DNA of 64,000 bases from Macrostomum lignano (GCA_002269645.1 NIVC01000130.1:496001-560000); one strand, 5' to 3'. Counted from the stretch's first letter, positions 23,262 to 50,911 are shown. Translations and numbers: made by a program. The notes: generated from the sequence alone by a model not told the origin.

Positions 23262-24645
23262 ACGTGTATCCAAGCTACGCAGTCGTCTGCATCGCCTATT
23301 TTCCAAGGTCGGCGTGCCCGATCCCGGAGCGAGCGCCAATTACCTGTTGGCTCACTGCATAGGCCAGCGAACGGTGAGAGGTGCACTTTTACTGGAATTC
23401 TAGGAAATGAAGCTAAGCCATGATATCCGTTGCTATGGGGCTAATAAACCTGTTGCTATGGAGCTAATAAACCTGTTGCTATGAAGCTAATGATATCCGT
23501 TGCTATCGAGCTAATGATATCCGTTGATATGGGGCAAATGATATCCGTTGCTATGGCGCTAATAATATCCGTTGCTATCGAGCTAATGATATCCGTTGCT
23601 ATGGGGCAAATGATATCCGTTGCTATGGAGCTAATGATATCCGTTGCTATGGAACTAATGATATCCGTTGCTATGGAGCTAATGATATCCGTTGCTATGG
23701 AGCTATAGATTACAGCTGTTATATCGTGCTATAGATATGTTTTGACCTTTTATACATGTATATTGTCTATGGCTATTATTTCTGAGCCATTAACCTTTCC
23801 GCGCCGGAGCTAGAAATGCAAAAGCTCCGTTCCTGCCGACATGGTCAGCTGGGCTGGCCATAGACTATAGCTATAATCTTAATGCCCCGCTGTGCAAAGC
23901 CACTCTAGCCGAGAAGGGTCGGACATTTTATACTTGGCTTGGACAAATCTAGGGTCGAAAAAAGCAGTTTCAAAGTGCATTTTAACTTAATGATCTCTAT
24001 ATAGATTATGCAGTGTGTACACTCGATATCTAGCAATAGCCACTACAGCACTTTGTAAAAGTAAATCAGCTTTTAAAGCTCTGCTGACCATCCTGCAGCT
24101 TAAAGTTAAGACCCCGCTATTTCTTAATACAAAAAGGAAAATTTCTGCTTTAGTTTGGCATATACACCAACAAATGTAATTGCCGCTACGATCAAGCACT
24201 AGACTTCGACTTCCTTTACTTATAACAGTACCCATCTATTCTTATCTAATCTACCTGTCTATTCAAATTATCGAGTTCTGCATGTTTACTATTTGTTTAC
24301 TCCTAGCTGACCCGGGAGCACAGTCGTTTAGAATTAACTGCCCAACAATTATCGAAGCTAACTGGCCTATGCAACAGAAGACTTCAAAGGTAACTAATCA
24401 AGTTTAAAGTTTCTCATAAAGTCATATCGTAATAATTCTCGTTAATAAAATTTTCAAGGGAGCCGCTGCAGTACATTCTTGGAGAATGGGATTTTCGCGA
24501 TGTCAGTTTGGTTATGCGAGCTCCCGTGTTCATTCCCAGGCCCGAGACGGAGGTGGGTTTCCGGTACATGTAAAATCTCCATTCTGTTTGTCTTGCCTTT
24601 GCCTGTCTGTCTCTGTGTCTGTGTGTGTCTGTCTGTCTGTCTGCC

Positions 24646-24726
<81 letters not shown>

Positions 24727-24749
24727 TAGTGTCTGTCTGTCTGTCTGTA

Positions 24750-24824
<75 letters not shown>

Positions 24825-24837
24825 GTGCCTGTCTGTG

Positions 24838-24888
<51 letters not shown>

Positions 24889-24889
24889 G

Positions 24890-24944
<55 letters not shown>

Positions 24945-24945
24945 G

Positions 24946-24986
<41 letters not shown>

Positions 24987-27900
24987 GCCTGTCTGCCTAT
25001 CTGTCTGTCTGCCTATCTGTCTGTATCTGTCTGTCTGTCTGTCTGTCTGTCTTTCTGTCTGTCTGTCTCTGTGTCTGTCTGTCTGTCTGTCTTACCATCA
25101 GCCAAAGTGTCTGCCCCATCCCCGCAGAAGCTGGTAGACCTTGCAAAGCAGTGCTGGTCCGCAGTCGGAGCTTCATCATCGCACCCGCACAGCCTCTCCC
25201 GCCCTCGCCTGTTCAGCGAGGTGTGCACCGGCTCCGGTGCCGTGTCCGTCTGTCTGCTTCGCGACCTGCCGCAGGTCAGCAAAATGTTTTCCAATGTTAT
25301 TGCAACAGTTTTTCCCTTCTAAGACAAAACTGCAGAAGCTTCTGTAGTGTCGCCGTCAATGTTGCCCTTCTAATTTCCTGGGGAATTTCTCTTCTTTGAA
25401 CGGCCTTGATTAAAAAAGCGCCTACAAAGAAAAACGGCTTCTTGGCTTTGACTTGCTTTTGCTACCTAATGATGAGGAAATTGGACACCCGGTTACCTGA
25501 GTCTGGCAATTAGCTGGCTAACTTTGATATCATATTAGTTACTATCTGTGCTGACAGTGTCTCCCAGAATTGATCAGTTATCTTAAATCAATATTGAAAT
25601 TATCCTAAATGGCCGATGCGATTATCCTAAATCACTACAGCTTATCTTAAACTCACTAATGAGATTATCCTAAATCACTAATGAGATCATCCTAAATCAC
25701 TAATGATATTATCGTAAATCACTAATGAGATTATCCCAAATCACTAATGAGATTATCCCAAATCACTAATGAGATGATCCCAAATCACTAATGAGATCAT
25801 CCAAAATCACTAATGAAATCATCCTAAATCACTAATGAGATTATCCCAAATCACTAATGAGATTATCCTAAATCACTAATGAGATCATCCTAAATCACTA
25901 ATGAGATTATCGTAAATCACTAATGAGATCATCCTAAATCACTAATGATATTATCGTAAATCACTAATGAGATCATCCTTAATCACTAATGATATTATCG
26001 TAAATCACTAATGAGATCATCCTTAATCACTAATGATATTATCGTAAATCACTAATGAGATCATCCTTAATCACTAATGATATTATCGTAAATCACTAAT
26101 GAGATCATCCTTAATCAATAATGAGATTATCCCAAATCACTAATGAGATTATCCTAAATCACTAATGAGATGATCCCAAATCACTAATGAGATGATCCCA
26201 AATCACTAATGAGATTATCCCAAATCACTAATGAGATTATCCTAAATCACTAATGAGATTATCCCAAATCACTAATGAGATTATCCTAAATCACTAATGA
26301 GATTATCCCAAATCACTAATGAGATGATCCCAAATCATTAATGAAATTATCTTTAATCACTAATGAGATTATCTTTAATCACTAATGAGATTATCCTTAA
26401 TCACTAATGAGATTATCCCAAATCACTAATGAGATGATCCCAAATCATTAATGAAATTATCTTTAATCACTAATGAGATTATCTTTAATCACTAATGAGA
26501 TTATCCCAAATCACTAATGAGATAATCCCAAATCATTAATGAAATTATCTTTAATCACTAATGCGATTATCTTTAATCACTAATGAGATTATCTTTAATC
26601 ACTAATGAGATTATCTTTAATCACTAATGAGATTATCTTTAATCACTAATGAGATTATCCTAAATCACTAATGAGATTATCCCAAAAACCGGCACAATTC
26701 AGGCGCACTGCCTGGCCATTGAGCTTCTGCCCGAAGCTTGCCATCTGACCTGGGAGAATTGCCATCGCAACGGCGTCTCTAATCGGCTTCATTTGATCAA
26801 CGCGTCCCTAGCAACGCCCGGGTTACTAGGACGCGCTCCGCCACTTTCGCTAATAGTTGCTAATCCACCCTACGTGCCGGAACTCGATATGCGACAATTG
26901 CAACCGGAAGTGACCTTCGAATCGCCCGTTGCTTTGCGCGGCGGCGGCATCGGCGGTTTGGGAGTCATTGTTCAGCTCATGGACTTCGCCGATGCCCGAT
27001 TAGCAACTGGCGGGTGAGTCATTTGGATTGGCTGGGTCGTAAAGCGTATGGTAGCTCTTGAGGTCATGAAGTCGTAGGCTAAAAAGTAGCTTTCAGTCAA
27101 TTCTCTGGGGTTCATACAGATAGGTCATGAAAATTTTGGTCATTGATATTGGTCATAACAAATATGGTCATTGTTGTTGGTCTTAACAAATTTGGTCATT
27201 CATGTTGGTCATAACAGTTGGGGTCATTATTATTGATCATATAAAATTGGTCATTGATATTGATGGTAAGAATTAGGGTCATTAATATTAGTCATAACAA
27301 TTGGAGTCATTATTATTGGTCATTGATATTTATGGTCATAGGTGGTCATGAAGAAATGGGTTCATTAATATTGGTCATAACAATTGGGGTCGTTATTGGT
27401 AATTGATATTGATAGTAATAATTAAGTCATTAACATTAGTCATAACAATAGGCTCATTATTTTTGGTCAATAATATTGATGGTACGAATTAGGTTCATTA
27501 ATATCGGTCATAACAATAGGGGTCATTATTATTGGTTATTAATATTGATGGTAAAAATTAGGTTCACTAATATTGGTCATAACAATAGGGGTCATTATTA
27601 TTGGTCATTAATATTGATGGTAAGAATTAGGTTCATTAATATTTGTCATTAAAATTGGGGTCATTGTTATTAGTCATCGATATTGATAGTAAAAATTAGG
27701 GTCATTAATATTGGTCATTACAATTGGGGTCATTGTTATTGGTCATAACAAAATGGGTCAATATTATTGGTCATTAATATTGATGGTAAGAATTAGGTTC
27801 ATTAATATTTGTCATTAAAATTGGGGTCATTATTATTGGTTGTTGATATTAATAATAAGAATTAGGTTCATTAATATTGGTCATAACAATTAGGGTCATT

Positions 27901-28229
27901 GTTACTGGTCATTGATATTGATAGTAAGAATTAGGGTCATTAATTTTGGTCATAACTACCGTGGTCAATGATATTGGTCATATTATGGTCATTATAATTA
28001 ATGATCACTTCATTCGCTATTGCAGCGTATAATTTCGTGGTTATTAGTTGAAGAATGTTTGATCTATGAGTGTTAATTTTTTATTTTAAGGTGGCTGGCA
28101 TTCGAAATGGACTCAAGTCATGGTCAACTGTTAAGAGATCGGTTCCAAAATCGAGGCTCGTTGCGCCTGGATCGCATCGAATCAGACTTTGCTGGTAAAG
28201 AGAGATTCTGCTTGTACAGGAAATTGTAA
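23254..28229 (+). CDS. HEMK1: HemK/PrmC-family release-factor glutamine N5-methyltransferase; exons 23254-23373, 24307-24389, 24459-24552, 25128-25274, 26703-27013, 28091-28229 (~297 aa)
   Basis: Spliced product contains [29 protein letters not shown] motif [10 protein letters not shown], the NPPY catalytic motif and DFAGKERF. All splice phases are consistent. An additional upstream exon is possible. Confidence 0.92.
23420..23705. repeat. 24-bp minisatellite GATATCCGTTGCTATGGAGCTAAT (HEMK1 intron 1)
   Basis: About 12 units; explains the ORF at 23481-23708. Confidence 0.9.
24600..25092. repeat. (TCTG)n microsatellite
   Basis: Direct reading. Confidence 0.97.
25615..26685. repeat. ~22-bp minisatellite AATCACTAATGAGATTATCCYA
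   Basis: About 48 units, ending just before the 26703 exon. Confidence 0.95.
27120..27990. repeat. Degenerate AT-rich satellite with GGTCAT core
   Basis: Recurrent TTGGTCAT(A/T)ACAA and GGTCATTAATATTG. Confidence 0.8.
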
Positions 28230-28404
28230 ATTCTTTATTGTTATCGTTTTTTGGTAATTATAAATATACTGCATGCTAATGCTAGGCCCTTTTTATTTGA
28301 AACCTTAAACATAAATTGCATTGGCTTGGTTTGTTTTTTTAGTTGCTTTTTTCGCAGAAATTATCTCCTGTAGAACTTGGTCATTTGCAGGCTTGCGTTA
28401 GTCA

Positions 28405-29410
28405 TGCACTGATTTAGTCACCAGTCATGTTGTTTATGTACTGTTTTGGTCATGCACTGATTTACTCACCAGTCATGTTGTTTATGTACTGTTTTGGTCA
28501 TGCACTGAGTTAGTCATGTACTTAGTTGGTCATGAACTGGGTTGGTCATGTACTTAGTTGGTCATGTACTTAGTTGGTCATGAACTGAGTTGGTCATGAA
28601 CGAGTTGGTCATGTACTTAGTTGGTCATGTACTTAGTTGGTCATGTACTTAGTTGGTCATGAACTGAGTTGGTCATGAACGAGTTGGTCATGCACTGAGT
28701 TGGTCATGAACTGAGTTGGTCATGCACTGAGTTGGTCATGTACTTAGTTGGTCATGCACTGAGTTGGTCATGCACTGAGTTGGTCATGTACTTAGTTGGT
28801 CATGAACTGAGTTGGTCATGAACGAGTTGGTCATGAACGAGTTGGTCATGTACTTAGTTGGTCATGTACTTAGTTGGTCATGTACTTAGTTGGTCATGAA
28901 CTGAGTTGGTCATGAACGAGTTGGTCATGAACTGAGTTGGTCATGAACGAGTTGGTCATGCACTGAGTTGGTCATGAACTGAGTTGGTCATGCACTGAGT
29001 TGGTCATGCACTGAGTTGGTCATGAACTGAGTTGGTCATGCACTGAGTTGGTCATGAACTGAGTTTGTCATGCACTGAGTTGGTCATGCACTGAGTTGGT
29101 CATGCACTGAGTTGGTCATGTACTGAGTTGGTCATGCACTGAGTTGGTCATGTACTTAGTTGGTCATGCACTGAGTTGGTCATGTACTTAGTTGGTCATG
29201 CACTGAGTTGGTCATGTACTTAGTTGGTCATGCACTGAATTGGTCATGCACTGAGTTGGTCATGTACTTAGTTGGTCATGCACTGAGTTGGTCATGCACT
29301 GAGTTGGTCATGCACTGAGTTGGTCATGCACTGAGTTGGTCATGCACTGATTTGGTCAGGCACTAAGTTGGTCATGTACTGAGTTGGTCATGTACTGAGT
29401 TGGTTGTGCA
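28405..29410. repeat. 16-bp minisatellite GTTGGTCATGCACTGA
   Basis: About 60 units with TACTTA/AACTGA/AACGA variants. Confidence 0.95.
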
Positions 29411-29894
29411 CTGAGACGTCCCAGTCCATTAGGGATTAATAAAGAGAGTTGCTCTGTTATTAATCTTACTCATTGATCGCTAAGTGAGTTGCAGAGTTGC
29501 TTCACTCTGTTCCCGATAATGCACTCTATTCTCAGAATTAGGATGCAGAAAAAAAGGGCAATAGATATTAATATATACATGTATTCGGTCTGTATCGATC
29601 GATACTGGTGGTTTCTTTCAGAATCTGTCTCCTTCTGTCTGTGTGCGCTGGCTGCCTCGAGGTAGGCTGGTGCATCTATAATCGGCTTTTAACCAATAAA
29701 AGATGAATATTAATAACTAATAAACTTCTGAAATCTGTTTCTTTACAAAGGTGGAATTTTAGCTACAGTCAACAAATATGTACATTACATTTACAGACTT
29801 GCGTCGGTATGTAAGCTGTCCTCATCTTAGTTTCTCACGTTCTCAAACCTGTCCTCATCTCAGTTCTCACGCTCTCAAACCTATCATTATTTCA

Positions 29895-30100
29895 TTTTCT
29901 CATGCCCTCAAACCTGGCATTATATCAGTTTCTCATGCCTTCAAACCTGGCATTATATCAGTTTCTCATGCCCTCAAACCTGGCATTATATCAGTTTCTC
30001 ATGCCCTCAAACCTGGCATTATATCAGTTTCTCATGCCCTCAAACCTGGCATTATATCAGTTTCTCATGCCCTCAAACCTGGCATTATACCAGTTTCTCA
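29895..30100. repeat. 33-bp minisatellite TTTCTCATGCCCTCAAACCTGGCATTATATCAG
   Basis: About 6 units. Confidence 0.9.
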
Positions 30101-30436
30101 TCACAGAATATTCGGTATATTCTGTAGTTTCTCATATTCAGTTGCTTACAAGTACATGCATGAGTTTCTAACAACGTACAAACGCATTAAGAGCCTATAT
30201 GCACATGTACTTGATAAGCATCTCAAAAGCCCTTTATGCCAGGGTTTTCAGCGGTCACTGCATGCCAAACGCACATTGCTATTGGCTAATCAATAAACAA
30301 CCAATAGCAACATTTTTATCGAATGCTTCGCGCATATTCTATTAGTATTTTAGACAAGAAAAATACAGTCTAGGATGGACACATTGTCAATCATTATAAA
30401 CTGACGTTTAAATTCGACATTCTTCTGGTAATGCAG

Positions 30437-30565
30437 CATCAACCGTTTAAATCATCCACGCCGGTCCGCACTGGTAGTGCAAAACAGCGGGTTCTTAAAC
30501 GGACCAACACTTACAGTCCGAGCGAGTTCGTTGCTAGGATACGGGCTGCTGAAAATGCCGCTACG
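30437..30565 (+). CDS. Probable isolated coding exon (HQPFKSSTPVRTGSAKQRVLKRTNTYSPSEFVARIRAAENAAT), possibly an N-terminal exon of the RhoGEF gene
   Basis: AATGCAG acceptor, 129-nt open phase 0-0 exon, ACG|GTGAGA donor. Confidence 0.5.
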
Positions 30566-30571
30566 GTGAGA

Positions 30572-31280
30572 CTGACTACTGTCTGACAATGCCATTCTCT
30601 ACTGTCTGACAATGCCATTCTCTACTGTCTGACAATGCCATTCTCTACTGTCTGACAATGCCATTCTCTACTGTCTGACATGAAAATGCCATTCTCTACT
30701 GTCTGACATGACAATGCCATTCTCTACTGTCTGACAATGCCATTCTCTACTGTCTGACAATGCCATTCTCTACTGTCTGACAATGCCATTCTCTACTGTC
30801 TGACATGAAAATGCCATTCTCTACTGTCTGACATGACAATGCCATTCTCTACTGTCTGACAATGCCATTCTCTACTGTCTGACAATGCCATTCTCTACTG
30901 TCTGACAATGCCATTCTCTACTGTCTGACAATGCCATTCTCTACTGTCTGACAATGCCATTCTCTACTGTCTGACAATGCCATTCTCTACTGTCTGACAA
31001 TGCCATTCTCTACTGTCTGACATGAAAATGCCATTCTCTACTGTCTGACATGACAATGCCATTCTCTACTGTCTGACAATGCCATTCTCTACTGTCTGAC
31101 AATGCCATTCTCTACTGTCTGACAATGCCATTCTCTACTGTCTGACAATGCTATTCTCTACTGTCTAACAATGCCATTCTCTACTGTCTAACAATGCCAT
31201 TCTCTACTGTCTGACAATGCTATTCTCTACTGTCTGACATGAAAATGCCATTCTCTACAGCCTGACAATCCCATTCTCTA
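30572..31280. repeat. 23-bp minisatellite ACTGTCTGACAATGCCATTCTCT
   Basis: About 29 units, some with a 5-bp insertion; starts immediately after the 30566 donor. Confidence 0.95.
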
Positions 31281-31886
31281 TTGCCTGACTGTACCCAAAT
31301 GGTATTTGCTTCTGTGCTTCTGTTCCAGAAAAATGGGAAGATACCTCACCAGCCAGGCATATGAAGATGAAAGTCATAGCGGTTTTATTGCATTGTAATT
31401 CGTGACCAGCACAATAAAACCAACCATGGGCACACAAAAACACGAAATTAATTTGTTGCTTTCTAACTTTGGCATTTCTTAGAAATGAACATCGTATTAA
31501 TTACGGTCGTAAATTCCTGAGCTAATGGATCTTTGTTTTTTGTTATACTAGACTCAGAAAATGATGACATCTGTTTCTGCGAAGGCTCGTTTTAGTCCAC
31601 CATCATGAGGCTGAATTTGATTAATGTGTACAATGAGTGGTCTCTAGCTTGTAGAATGGTTTTTTTCATTAAGTTTTGTTCATTTAGTTTGATCATTTTC
31701 GATAATCTCAGAAAAAGCCCTCTTCGATTTAAAAGAGACAAACAGACAGACTCGACAGACAAATAGCATTTTTTATTTCAAGCCCTAAGTTAGGAATATC
31801 ATTTATTCATATTTAATGAGGCACTACTTTGGAATACAAAATAGGCTGAATATTGAAAGCAGAACTAGCCGAGGTTGGAGGGAGAG

Positions 31887-32350
<464 letters not shown>

Positions 32351-32909
32351 GAGAGACAGGAGCAGATGAACTCAAGAACAGAGAGTACATGAAAGATTCG
32401 AAGACACACTCAGAAGCTCCGCCTCCTCATCCCACCGCTCTGTCTCACCCGCTCTGTCTCGGCATTCGAGTGCAGCGGCAAAGAAAGCCCAGTGGAGCTG
32501 ATCGAGTCCTGGGCGACTCGGAGTGTGTCAGCCACCCTTTTTTGAAGCTGTTCAAACAGACACACCTCACAGGACTATCGAATCTGGCTTGAGGGGCTTC
32601 TTGAGTCTTCAGCCCCTCTCTGCCATGATCGAAGTCCTTGCCTATGTTAGATCCCCTGCTCCCCTGCATCATCTTCTTTCTTTTTCCTTCATCATCATGA
32701 GCTAGTTCGCTTTCGAGTTCTGGCATTCGCTGGGTGTTGCAAGCCCGTTAAGGGGATGAGCAGAGCAGAGAGGGGCTGAAGACTCTGAGGAGTTGACGCG
32801 TTTTGGATTTACTATTAATCTAGGCGTCTGACAGCTCAAAAAATAAAAATAGTTCTTTTTAGTTCCTCTTTTAAATTTTGTTAGATTTTTTCTTATAGAT
32901 TAGCCATAA

Positions 32910-34025
32910 ACATGGCCTCAGAACGGCCTCAGAATGGCACTAAACATGGCGCCACAATGGCACTAGACATAGCGCCAGAATGGCACTAGACATGGCGCCA
33001 CAATGGCACTAGACATAGCGCCACAATGACACTAGACATGACGCCACAATGGCACTAGACATGTCGCCAGAATGGTACTAGACATGGCGCCACAATGGCA
33101 CTAGACATGTCGCCAGAATGGCACTAGACATGGTGCCAGAATGGCACTAGACATGGCGCCACAATGGCACTAGACATGTCGCCACAATGGCACTAGACAT
33201 GTCGCCAGAATGGCACTAGACATGGTGCCACAATGGCACTAGACATGGCGCCACAATGGTACTAGACATGACGCCACAATGGCACTAGACATGGCGCCAC
33301 AATGGCACTAGACATGGCGCCACAATGGCACTAGACATGGCGCCACAATGGCACTAGACATGGCACCGGAATGGCACTAGACATAGCTCCAGAATGGCAC
33401 TAGACATGGCGCCACAATGGCACTAGACATAGCACCGGAATGGCACTAGACGTAGCACCGGAATGGCACTAGACATGGCGGCACAATGGCACTAGACATG
33501 GCACCGGAATGCCACTAGACATAGCACCGGAATGGCACTAGACATGGCGCCACAATGGCACTAGACATGGCGCCAAAATGGCACTAGACATGGCACCGGA
33601 ATGGCACTAGACATAGCACCGGAATGGCACTAGACATGGCGCCACAATGGCACTAGACATAGCACCGGAATGGCACTAGACATGGCGCCACAATGGCACT
33701 AGACAGGGCACCGTAATGGCACTAGACATAGCTCCAGAATGGCACTAGACATAGCACCGGAATGGCACTAGACATGGCGCCACAATGGCACTAGACATAG
33801 CACCGGAATGGCACTAGACATGGCGCCACAATGGCACTAGACAGGGCACCGTAATGGCACTAGACATAGCTCCAGAATGGCACTAGACATAGCTCCAGAA
33901 TGGCACTAGACATGGCGCCACAATGGCACTAGACATGGCGCCACAATGGCACTAGACATAGCACCGGAATGGCACTAGACATGGCACCGGAATGGCACTA
34001 GACATAGCGCCAGAATGGCACTAGA
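32910..34025. repeat. 23-bp minisatellite ACATGGCGCCACAATGGCACTAG
   Basis: About 48 units. Confidence 0.95.
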
Positions 34026-34504
34026 TAATACGGCAAAAGGGGAATTTTAAGGCGTGAAATCTTGCCTTATTTCCGCGGAGGAGGGGAAGAGTCATGGGGG
34101 TTGCAGAGGCTGCCCTTTTCCGCTCGGATTCCAGCTGGACCCAGCCCAGTAATTAGTCAATTATACCGCCATGAAGTGCTCTTGAGCTTGTGTAATTAAT
34201 CTCCCCTGTTCTATCCCTCCCGCTATCTCGCTAATCAAACTAACTCCAAGAAATCAGTTTACATCTTCAACCTCGTTGCTGACGACAAGAGGTAGGCGTG
34301 TCAGTATCCTAAGAAGGCTTCTTCTTGTCAGCTTCACTAGAAACTAACTACATTTGGATACTTCTGGCTAGTATCTAGCTGGCGTGACATTAGCTTCCTG
34401 AAGCAGCTGCTCGAAATGTTACTGAAGTACAAGGTCTAAAAAGAATCCTTTAGTGTAAGCCTGTTGTAGACTTAGACATAGTGATGTCATCTTGAATTGG
34501 AATG

Positions 34505-34995
34505 AGGTCAGTCTCCCAAATAACTCTGGATGAGGTGACGTCAGTCTCCCAAATAACCCTGGATGAGGTGACGTCAGTCTTCCGAATAACCCTGGATGAG
34601 GTGACGTGAGTCTTCCGAATAACCCTGGATGAGGTGACGTCAGTCTTCCGAATAACCCTGGATGAGGGGACGTGAGTCTCCCGAATAACCCTGGATGAGG
34701 TGACGTGAGTCTCTCAAATAACCCTGGATGAGGTGACGTCAGTCTTCCGAATAACCCTGGATGAGGGGACGTGAGTCTCTCAAATAACCCTGGATGAGGT
34801 GACGTCAGTCTTCCGAATAACCCTGGATGAGGGGACGTGAGTCTCCCAAATAACCCTGGATGAGGGGACGTCAGTCTCCCAAATAACCCTGGATGAGGGG
34901 ACGTGAGTCTCTCAAATAACCCTGGATGAGGGGACGTCAGTCTCCCAAATAACCCTGGATGAGGTGATGTCAGTCTCCCAAATAACCCTCGATGA
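34505..34995. repeat. 33-bp minisatellite GATGAGGTGACGTCAGTCTTCCGAATAACCCTG
   Basis: About 14 units; several contain the palindrome TGACGTCA. Confidence 0.93.
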
Positions 34996-35244
34996 AGTGA
35001 CTTTAGTCACACGAATAATCCCAGAAAGTGACGTCATAGTGTTTAAATAGTGCCTAACAAGCCCTGATAACATTACGTCATAGCTTAGCTCGAATTTGAC
35101 CTGGCTGAAGTGACAGTACTTCTCAAGATCACGTAATTTCCTAAATGTCCCCTTAGAGATTCTTTTTAAACTTGAGCAATTCGGCAATATTCAATTTTTC
35201 AAGCACACTGCAGTTAACCTACCGTGTCGAAACCATTGAATCAG

Positions 35245-48966
<13,722 letters not shown>

Positions 48967-49722
48967 AAAGCCTAATGCTGGACGATTGGAATGGTGAAAC
49001 TGGGCGCGTAGCCAGGATTGTTGGAAAAAACTTTACAGGTATTCAGCCACGAATTAGTCTTTTTGCGATTCACCAACTGCAGTTTCTTTTACCTTCTCAT
49101 TCACTTAATGCAAATATTTGTACAGATTTGAATAATATTTGTGTGCCATTTTAAATATGCCCGGTCCCGTTCACAAACTCTAAAAATACCTATTTTTTCA
49201 CTCACCAACTTCGCTTAATTATTTATTTCGCCAGTCTTGTTTTATTCACAAGCTTCAATTCAATTCATTCAAAAAACTAAACACTTTTGTGATTTATTGA
49301 AAACAAAAATTAACAATAATTTCACAGTAAATGTCGTTTTTGAAACGTATGAATCAACATCTATATATTAAATTTTAATTGTCCTTCGACAATGTTGTTT
49401 TTAATTAATCGCACTGTCGTTTATAACAAATGCTTTGTGCTGATTTTCAAAATATAATAAAATAATTTTTTGTGTGTAATATAGTTGTGCAGCAAATATT
49501 CTATTCTAGAGTTTTATTTTTTATATTTATACATTGTAAAAGTGAACCGCATAATACATATAAATTAATTTTACTTTCTTATATACTACAACAAAAAATT
49601 GTGCAGTTATTGGAATAGAAAAAATTAAACCGAAAAATGAATTTTTTAGCTGTTAGTCTGTATAGTTGCTGTCGATCGTAGTGTGCGCGCTTATTCAAGC
49701 GATACATGCGAGTTGTGAATAA

Positions 49723-50892
49723 TGAAGTGAGCACTAGTTTAGTGTTAGGTGCCCCCTTTGTCAGCTGTGCCCTGCGCCCTCCTGAGCTGTTGGCTGCCGC
49801 TGGCCGCAGCTCTCCCTCCCTCTCTCCCTCTCCCTCTCTCTCTCCCTCTCCCACTCCTCTCTCTCCCTCTCCCTCCCTCGTTGTCCTTTTGTCTGCCTGC
49901 GCTCCCTTTTGTCCCCCCCTTTTTCCGGTTCGTTTGCGTTCCCAGCGTCTGAGCTTCTCCGCTCAGCCTGTCCTTGTTTCATTCTTTGTCTGTCTCCTTC
50001 CCCCCTTTTTGTGTGGCTGCGTTCTCTTGGCTCGAGTCCAGCCAGTTCTGGCTGTACTCTCTGTCTGGCCGTACGGGAGCGGATCACGTGCCCCGGCGCT
50101 CTGTCCTTTTCTTGCGCTGCCTTGTGCAATCTCGGGTGTCAGGCTCTAAATTAGGAATGGCGTCCTTGCCTCTCAAATTGAGGGTTCCGCGCCTGTTTCT
50201 AAAAATAGAACTGATTCACGCCAGATTGGGGGCAGTGAGAGCGGCCTCGCGCACTCTGGCGCAATGGGGTGTTGCACGGTATGGTGAAATCGATCCGCTA
50301 CCCTATAAGTACGGGCCTCTCGTGCCTCTGTTTGGCAACCCCCCCGACCGCCCGACTGACCGCCCCCTCTGTGAAACCTCTCGTTTACCTGTGCGTTAAT
50401 TCTTCTGATAACTGCTCTGTTGGAAGTCCAGCGCAGCTTGCGCTAGGCCTTAGCCAACCTATCTGATTTCTGATCCATCTGCGGCTGTGTGTCCTCGAGT
50501 GTGCTAAATCCCAACCGAACTAACAGAGACTAGCACAGTTCCTCATCCCCACACTTGAGCCCGGCAGGACCGCTGACGAGGTGTGCACCGGTACAAACGG
50601 TCAAATCTGCACGACGTGCTGAGTTCTCGTGTCTCGTTTCTTTCGCTCAGCCCGGAGTCTCCCTCACCGAAGGACAAGATCCGAGCGAGCTGGTGGCAGC
50701 ACTACCAACACTACCAAGGATTGCTAGAAGACTTCCTGGGAGAGTCTACCAAGAGCTCAAAGTAGGCAGCTCACGTGACTGACAGGGAAGTAGCCGGAAT
50801 AACAGAGTACTTCACTGGTGGCAGCGGTGGGATTCAAAGACCTACCAGGCCACCTCTAGACGCTATCGAGGAAAGTTCAAGCAACCACTTCA
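49723..50892 (+). repeat. 5' LTR (1170 bp)
   Basis: Direct repeat of 59087-60258. Confidence 0.95.
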
Positions 50893-50893
50893 C

Positions 50894-50911
50894 TGGTGGC
50901 AGCGGTGGGAT
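50894..50911 (+). other. Primer binding site, tRNA-Leu
   Basis: TGGTGGCAGCGGTGGGAT is complementary to the 3' 18 nt of eukaryotic tRNA-Leu(AAG)-type (...ATCCCACCGCTGCCACCA). Confidence 0.88.

Noticed and set aside
24479-25399. Long ORFs such as SVCLSVCL and TDRQ repeats (also 31875-32303, 35224-35996, 37865-39880, 41161-42853, 23481-23708, 29778-30296)
   Set aside because: Translations of stop-free micro- and minisatellites; only the short embedded exons are supported.
49706-50466. ORFs within the LTRs (duplicated at 59073-59832)
   Set aside because: They arise from CT-rich low-complexity LTR sequence; no motifs.
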